Assembly: GCA_035460745.1 (NCBI GenBank)
Contig: DATHWJ010000189.1
Location: 989-64,988, forward strand
Direction of reading: 5' to 3'
Source of the DNA: Ideonella sp.
GTDB taxonomy: Bacteria > Pseudomonadota > Gammaproteobacteria > Burkholderiales > Burkholderiaceae_C
DNA: 64,000 nt
Part shown: in pieces, positions 58,492 to 64,000 of the stretch
Position numbering within the stretch: position 1 is the stretch's first letter
How the letters are laid out: each line of letters opens with the position of its first letter
Program-made: the position numbers and the translations under genes
Notes under the pieces: model-generated
Seen by the model: the letters and a program-made list of their open reading frames with translations, nothing else
The model's database searches: none
Told to the model about the DNA's origin: nothing

Positions 58492-59430
58492 ATGGCAGCC
58501 ACCCAGAAAAAAGTCATCATCACCTGCGCCGTCACCGGCGCGATCCACACGCCGACGATGAGCCCGCACCTGCCGATCACGCCGCGGCAGATCGCCGACG
58601 AGTCGGTCGCCGCGGCGCAGGCCGGCGCCAGCATCATCCACCTGCATGCGCGCGACCCGGTGGACGGCCGGCCGACGCCGGACGTGGAGGTCTTCCGCCA
58701 GTTCCTGCCGGAGATCAAGGCGCGCTGCGACGCGGTGATCAACATCACCACCGGCGGCGGCCACAACATGACGGTGGCGCAGCGCCTGAGCGCGCCGCTG
58801 GCGCTCAAGCCCGAGATGGCGTCGTTCAACATGGGCTCGATGAACTTCGGCCTCTACCCGCTGATCGCGCGCTACCCCGAGTTCAAGCACGACTGGGAGC
58901 CCGCCTACCTGGAGAACACGCGCGACTTCATCTTCCGCAACACCTTCAAGGACATGGAGTACACGCTGGAGCACCTGGGCGAGGGTTGCGGCACGCGCTT
59001 CGAGTTCGAGTGCTACGACGTCGGCCACCTCTACAACCTGGCCCACCTGCGCGATCGCGGCCTGGTGAAGCCGCCGTTCTTCGTGCAGACCATCTTCGGC
59101 ATCCTGGGCGGCATCGGGCCCGACACCGAGAACCTGCTGCACATGAAGCGCATCGCCGACAAGCTCTTCGGCGACGACTACCACTGGTCCATCCTCGGCG
59201 CCGGCCGCCACCAGATGGGGCTGCTGGCGGTGGGCGCGCAGATGGGCGGCAACCTGCGGGTCGGCCTGGAAGACAGCCTCTGGCTGGGCAAGGGCCAGCT
59301 GGCAGAGTCCAATGCCGACCACGTGCGCAAGGTACGCCGCCTGCTCGAGGAGCTCTCGCTGGAGGTGGCCACGCCCGACGAGGCCCGGGCGATGCTGCAC
59401 CTGAAGGGCGCCGCCCAGGTGGCGTTCTGA
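58492..59430 (+). CDS. Beta-keto acid cleavage enzyme (BKACE/DUF849, Kce family)
   Basis: IITCAVTG, LPITP, IIHLHARD, FECYDVGH, RVGLED. Confidence 0.93.
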   Translation: MAATQKKVIITCAVTGAIHTPTMSPHLPITPRQIADESVAAAQAGASIIHLHARDPVDGRPTPDVEVFRQFLPEIKARCDAVINITTGGGHNMTVAQRLSAPLALKPEMASFNMGSMNFGLYPLIARYPEFKHDWEPAYLENTRDFIFRNTFKDMEYTLEHLGEGCGTRFEFECYDVGHLYNLAHLRDRGLVKPPFFVQTIFGILGGIGPDTENLLHMKRIADKLFGDDYHWSILGAGRHQMGLLAVGAQMGGNLRVGLEDSLWLGKGQLAESNADHVRKVRRLLEELSLEVATPDEARAMLHLKGAAQVAF

Positions 59431-59462
59431 CCCCCCATCCACTGTCCCAGGAGACCTGATCG

Positions 59463-59780
59463 ATGATCGTCGAGATGCGCACCTACACCGCCATGCCCGG
59501 CCGGGCCGGCGAGTTCCTCAAGCTCTACGAGGAGCTCGCGCTCGAGCTGCAGAAGAAGTACCTGGGCGGCCTGATGGGCTACTACGTGACCGAGCTCGGC
59601 GAGCTGAACCAGATCGTGCACCTGTGGCGCTACGAGAGCCTGGCCGACCGCGAGACGCGCCGCGCGCAGCTCGACGCCGACCCCGGCTGGGCGGTCTACA
59701 AGCAGGCCTTCGCCCAGCTCGGCGCGATTCAGCACCAGGACGCCCGGATCATGAAGCCCGTCTCCTTCTCGCCCACCTGA
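59463..59780 (+). CDS. NIPSNAP family protein
   Basis: MIVEMRTY, GELNQIVHLWRYESLADR..RR, PVSFSP. Confidence 0.92.
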   Translation: MIVEMRTYTAMPGRAGEFLKLYEELALELQKKYLGGLMGYYVTELGELNQIVHLWRYESLADRETRRAQLDADPGWAVYKQAFAQLGAIQHQDARIMKPVSFSPT

Positions 59781-59793
59781 AGAAAGCACCCCC

Positions 59794-60240
59794 ATGAGCA
59801 GACTCTCACTCGCCCAGGCCGACCTGATCGCCGACGGCACGCTGGCCCGGGCCCGCGAGCTCGGCTTCGCGCCGATGACCGTCGCGGTGCTCGACGCCGG
59901 CGGCCACGTCGTGGTGCTCAAGCGCGAAGACGGCGCCAGCATCATGCGGCCCGAGCTGGCGACGGCCAAGGCCTGGGGTGCCCTGGGCATGGGCTTCGGC
60001 GGGCGCGAGCTGGCGCGCCGCGCCGCCAAGATGCCGGGCTTCTTCACCGCGCTGAATGCGATCTCCGACGGCCGCATGGCCCCCGTCGCCGGCAGCGCCT
60101 TGCTGCGCGATGCAAGCGGCGAGCTGCTCGGCGCCGTCGGCGTCTCGGGCGACACCTCGGACAACGACGAGCTCTGCCTGGTGCCGGCCGTGCGCGCCGC
60201 CGGCTTGAAACCCGATACCGGCGACGAGTTGCCTGCCTAG
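59794..60240 (+). CDS. GlcG/HbpS family heme-binding protein
   Basis: TVAVLDAGG, REDGA, AKAW, GAVGVSGDTSDNDE. Confidence 0.9.
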   Translation: MSRLSLAQADLIADGTLARARELGFAPMTVAVLDAGGHVVVLKREDGASIMRPELATAKAWGALGMGFGGRELARRAAKMPGFFTALNAISDGRMAPVAGSALLRDASGELLGAVGVSGDTSDNDELCLVPAVRAAGLKPDTGDELPA

Positions 60241-60296
60241 CCATCCCCGGGCCAGGGTGGCCACGCCGGGGCCCAGACCTACAATCCAACCCCCGG

Positions 60297-61061
60297 GTGC
60301 GGCGCGAGTTCGAGCGCCGCGCCCTCCTGATCGCAGCCCCTCAGCCGACCGTGGCCACCTCTCCCGAAGCCCCCGCCAAAGTCAAGAAGCCGCGCCTGCG
60401 TGCCGAGGAGCGGGAGCAGCAGATCCTGCACGGCGCGATCCGCTACTTCTCCGAGATGGGCTTCGCGGGGCAGACGCGCGAGCTCTCGCGCCGCCTGGGC
60501 ATCACGCAGCCGCTGCTCTACCGCTACTTCAAGTCCAAGAAGGACCTGATCGACAAGGTCTACGTACACGTCTTCATGGGCCGCTGGCAGCCGCAGTGGA
60601 TCCCGCTGCTGCAGGACCGCACGGTGCCGCTGGCCAAGCGGCTGCTGCGCTTCTACCAGGAGTACGCGCGCGCCACCTACCAGCCCGAGTGGATACGCAT
60701 CTACATGTTCGCGGGCCTGGAGAGCAGCGACCTGAACCGGCGCTACCTGCAGCTGATCAAGAAAGACCTGCTGGTGCCCATCTGCAAGGAGCTGCGGGTG
60801 CACTGCGGCATCGCCAACGACGAACTGCCGGTCTCCGAGCAGGAGATCGAGTTCTACTGGACGCTGCACGACGGCATCTTCTACACCGCCATCCGCGAGA
60901 CCATCTACAAGTCGCCGATGCAGGTCTCGTTCGACGACAAGGTGCGCTTCGCGGTCGACAACTTCCTTGCCGGCGCCAAGGTGGTCTACCCCAAGCTGGT
61001 GGCCGAGGAGGCCAAGCGGGCCGTGCCACCGTCGCAGGCGGCTCGCGCTAAGCCCGCCTGA
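60297..61061 (+). CDS. TetR-family regulator
   Basis: QILHGAIRYFSEMGF..TRELSRRLGITQPLLYRYFKSK; start uncertain. Confidence 0.9.
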   Translation: MRREFERRALLIAAPQPTVATSPEAPAKVKKPRLRAEEREQQILHGAIRYFSEMGFAGQTRELSRRLGITQPLLYRYFKSKKDLIDKVYVHVFMGRWQPQWIPLLQDRTVPLAKRLLRFYQEYARATYQPEWIRIYMFAGLESSDLNRRYLQLIKKDLLVPICKELRVHCGIANDELPVSEQEIEFYWTLHDGIFYTAIRETIYKSPMQVSFDDKVRFAVDNFLAGAKVVYPKLVAEEAKRAVPPSQAARAKPA

Positions 61062-61111
61062 AGCAGCAGCGGCGCGCCGGCCCGCTGCGCGGGCCGATCG
61101 AGCGCCGTGCT

Positions 61112-64000
61112 TCAGTGTGTCGCGGCCGCCGCTTCGCCGTGGTGCTTGCCGTGCCGCAGCCGGCGCAAGCCCCGCACCAGCCACTGCACCCCGTCGTCCA
61201 CGAAGGTGAAGATCACCGGGATCACCAGCAGGCTCAGGAAGGTCGAGGTGATCAGCCCGCCGATCACCACGATCGCCATCGGCGCGCGGAAGCTGGGGTC
61301 GGTGCCGAAGCCGAGGGCGATCGGCATCATGCCGGCACCCATCGCCAAGGTGGTCATGATGATGGGGCGGGCGCGTTTGTGGCAGGCGTCGAGCAGGGCG
61401 TCCCAGCGCGAGAGGCCGTGCTCGCGGCGCGCGAGGATGGCGTACTCCACCAGCAGGATGGAGTTCTTGGTCGCGATGCCCATCAGCATGATCATGCCGA
61501 TCATCGCCGGCATCGTCAGGTCGGTGCGGGTGATGAACAGCGCCAGGATGGCGCCGGGGATGGAGAGCACCAGCGCGGCCAGGATGGTCACCGGCTGCAC
61601 GAAGGCGTGGAAGAGCAGCACCAGCACGATGTAGATGCACAGCACGCCGGCGCCCATCGCCAGCAGGAAGCCGCTGAAGAGCTCGCCCATCGCTTCGGCG
61701 TCGCCTATCGAGGCCTTGCTGATGCCGGGCGGCAGGCTCACCAGGCTGGGCAGCTGGTTGGCCAGCTGCTCGATCTGGCCCAGCGGCTGGCCGTTCAGCT
61801 CGATCTCGAAGTTGACGTTGCGCAGCCGGTCGTAGCGGTCGATCTGGGCCGGGCCGCTGGCGATCTCTATCGTGGCGACGTTGCTCAGGCTGACCGGGCC
61901 GCGGGCGCCGGGGATCAGCAGCCGGGCGATCAGGCCCAGGTCTTGCCGGGCCGCTTCGGGCAGCTTGACGAGCACCGGGATCTGGCGCTGCGAGAGGTTG
62001 AGCTTGGCGAGCTCCTGGTCGTAGTCGCCGCTGGTGGCGATGCGCAGGGTGTCGGCAATGGCGGCGGAGGTCACGCCCAGGTCGGCCGCGCGGGCGAAGT
62101 CGGGCCGCACCACCACCTCGGGCCGCGCGAGGCTGGAGCTGGAGGTCACGCTGCCTATGCCGGGCAGGCCGCGCAGCTGCTTCTCGACCACCGCGGCGTG
62201 GGCCAGCAGCGCGTTGCCGTCTTCGCCGGCCAGCACCAGCATGAACTTCTCCGCCGAACCGCCGAAGCCGACGTTCATGCGCGCCCCCGGCACGGCCTCC
62301 AGTGCGGTGCGCAGCTCGGCCTCGATGGCCTGCTTGCTGATGCCCTTGCGCTCGCCGCGCGGGCTCAGGTTGATGGTCAGCGTGGCCTTGCGCACCTCGG
62401 CCGCGCCGGCCTGCGCGAACGGATCGCCGCCCGACGAGCCGCCGCCCACCGCGGTGTAGATCATCTTCACCTGGGCATGCTTTTGCAGCAGCGCCCGGGC
62501 CTGCTCGGCGGTGGCCAGCGTCTGCTCGAAGGTGCTGCCGGGCGGCAGCGAGATGTAGACCTGGGTCTGCGAGAGGTCGTCCGGCGGGATGAAGCCGCCG
62601 GCGATCTTGCCCATCGCCAGCGGGGCCAGCGAGCCGACAAAGAACACCACGGTGGCCAGCAGGGTCCAGCCCCGGTGGTGCAGGCACCAGGCGGCCATCT
62701 TCATGTACGCCCGCATCCAGCGCGGCTCGTGGTCGGCCGGCGCGTGCGGCTTCAGCAGGTAGGCCGCCATCATCGGCGTCAGCAACCGTGCCACCACCAG
62801 CGAGAAGAAGACCGCGATGGCGGCCGTCCAGCCGAACTGCACGAAGAACTTGCCGACCACCCCGCTCATGAAGGCCGTCGGCAGGAAGACGGCGATCAGC
62901 GTGAAGGTGGTGGCGATGACGGCCAGGCCGATCTCGTCGGCGGCCTCCATCGCGGCCTGCAGCGGCGTCTTGCCCATGCGCAGGTGGCGCATGATGTTCT
63001 CGATCTCGACGATCGCGTCATCGACCAGGATGCCGACCACCAGCGACAGCGAGAGCAGGGTCACGACGTTGATCGTGAAGCCCATCAGGTACATCACCGC
63101 GAAGGCCGGGATGATGGACAGCGGCAGCGCGGTGGCCGAGACCAGGGTGGCGCGCCAGTCGCGCAGGAACAGCCACACCACCAGCACCGCCAGCAGCGCG
63201 CCTTCGTACATCAGCGTCATCGAGCCTTCGTAGTTCTCCTGCACCGAGTCGACGAAGTTGAAGGCCTCGGTCACCGTGATGTCGGGGTGCTCGGCCTTGA
63301 GCTGGTCGAGCGCGCGGCGCACGCCCTCGGCGACCTCGATCTCGCCGGCGCCGCGGCTGCGCGCGATCTCGAAGCCGACCACCGGCTGGCCGTTGAGCAG
63401 CGCGGCCGAGCGCCGCTCGGCGACGGTGTCGGCGATGCTCGCGACCTGGTCCAGCCGCACCCGGCGGCCGTCGCTCAGGCTGATCTCCATGTCGGCCAGG
63501 TCGTGCGCGGTCTGCACCGTGCCTATCATGCGCACCGATTGCTCCGCGCCGCCCAGGTCGGCGCGGCCGCCGGAGGCCTCCTGCTGGATCTGGCGCAGCT
63601 GGCGCGAGACGTCGGCCGCGGTGGCGCGCAGCGCGGCCATGCGGTCGGGGTCGAGGTCGATGTGGATCTCGCGCGTCACGCCACCCACCCGGGCCACGCT
63701 GCCGACGCCGGCCACGCCCAGCAGGGCCTTGGTGACGGTGTTGTCGACGAACCAGGAGAGCGCCTCGTCGTCCATCCGGCTCGAGGCCACCGTGTAGGTC
63801 AGGATGGGCATGCCCGACAGGGTCACCTTGGAGACCACCGGGTCGCGCAGCGCGCCGGGCAGGTCGGAGCGGATGCGCGAGACGGCGTCGCGCACGTCGT
63901 CCACCGCCTCCTGGGTGGGCTTCTCGAGCCGGAACTCGGCGGTGATGGTGGCGGTGCCGTCCTGTACCTTGCTGTAGAGGTGCTTCAGGCCCTGCACCGT
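61112..64000 (-). CDS. RND efflux permease (AcrB/AcrD/AcrF family), 5' truncated by the window
   Basis: GILVDDAIVEIEN, ATKNSILLVE, RARPIIMTT, FRAPMAIVVIGG. Confidence 0.96.
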   Translation of the reverse strand, partial: TVQGLKHLYSKVQDGTATITAEFRLEKPTQEAVDDVRDAVSRIRSDLPGALRDPVVSKVTLSGMPILTYTVASSRMDDEALSWFVDNTVTKALLGVAGVGSVARVGGVTREIHIDLDPDRMAALRATAADVSRQLRQIQQEASGGRADLGGAEQSVRMIGTVQTAHDLADMEISLSDGRRVRLDQVASIADTVAERRSAALLNGQPVVGFEIARSRGAGEIEVAEGVRRALDQLKAEHPDITVTEAFNFVDSVQENYEGSMTLMYEGALLAVLVVWLFLRDWRATLVSATALPLSIIPAFAVMYLMGFTINVVTLLSLSLVVGILVDDAIVEIENIMRHLRMGKTPLQAAMEAADEIGLAVIATTFTLIAVFLPTAFMSGVVGKFFVQFGWTAAIAVFFSLVVARLLTPMMAAYLLKPHAPADHEPRWMRAYMKMAAWCLHHRGWTLLATVVFFVGSLAPLAMGKIAGGFIPPDDLSQTQVYISLPPGSTFEQTLATAEQARALLQKHAQVKMIYTAVGGGSSGGDPFAQAGAAEVRKATLTINLSPRGERKGISKQAIEAELRTALEAVPGARMNVGFGGSAEKFMLVLAGEDGNALLAHAAVVEKQLRGLPGIGSVTSSSSLARPEVVVRPDFARAADLGVTSAAIADTLRIATSGDYDQELAKLNLSQRQIPVLVKLPEAARQDLGLIARLLIPGARGPVSLSNVATIEIASGPAQIDRYDRLRNVNFEIELNGQPLGQIEQLANQLPSLVSLPPGISKASIGDAEAMGELFSGFLLAMGAGVLCIYIVLVLLFHAFVQPVTILAALVLSIPGAILALFITRTDLTMPAMIGMIMLMGIATKNSILLVEYAILARREHGLSRWDALLDACHKRARPIIMTTLAMGAGMMPIALGFGTDPSFRAPMAIVVIGGLITSTFLSLLVIPVIFTFVDDGVQWLVRGLRRLRHGKHHGEAAAATH

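Noticed and set aside
60279-62687. 802-aa minus-strand ORF and similar Arg/Ala/Gly-rich long ORFs across the window (e.g. 29225-31684, 24054-26162)
   Set aside because: Alternate-frame or antisense ORFs over well-supported genes; composition is typical of GC-rich non-coding frames.

Overview
High-GC chromosomal window that looks like a Burkholderiales betaproteobacterium (inferred from gene content and order: several Bug/TctC receptors, system II cytochrome c biogenesis next to cytochrome c4 and yihA, gspC divergent from gspG). In order it holds: an MCP (5' truncated); a hicAB toxin-antitoxin pair; a GGDEF gene coupled to a type II secretion cluster (gspG-H-I-J-K-L-M-N-D-E-F plus divergent gspC); an M14 carboxypeptidase; Bug/enoyl-CoA hydratase/malonyl-CoA synthetase genes; msrPQ; ccsB-resB-cyt c4/yihA; a GIY-YIG-like ORF; MFS / cyoABCD-SURF1-RegB/RegA-like genes; an XRE-hipA module; an NCS1 transporter; a tandem-repeat exported protein; two uncharacterised catabolic clusters; and an RND transporter (5' truncated). 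I recognised no rRNA, tRNA, CRISPR array, integrase or transposase. The most unusual observations are: (i) a repeat-derived chain of NTGA-coupled mini-ORFs bridging the XRE gene and hipA, with hipA itself frameshifted by an apparent 7-nt repeat-unit loss; (ii) a ~10-kb cluster with a His-rich LVIVD-type propeller protein, a COG0523 metallochaperone, a cupin and a BKACE enzyme, sharing a TTATC-N4-GATAA operator; (iii) nested structured repeats at 53.9-54.2 kb and a hairpin-derived N-terminus on the GIY-YIG-like ORF. All calls come from reading sequence and motifs by eye; no database searches were run.
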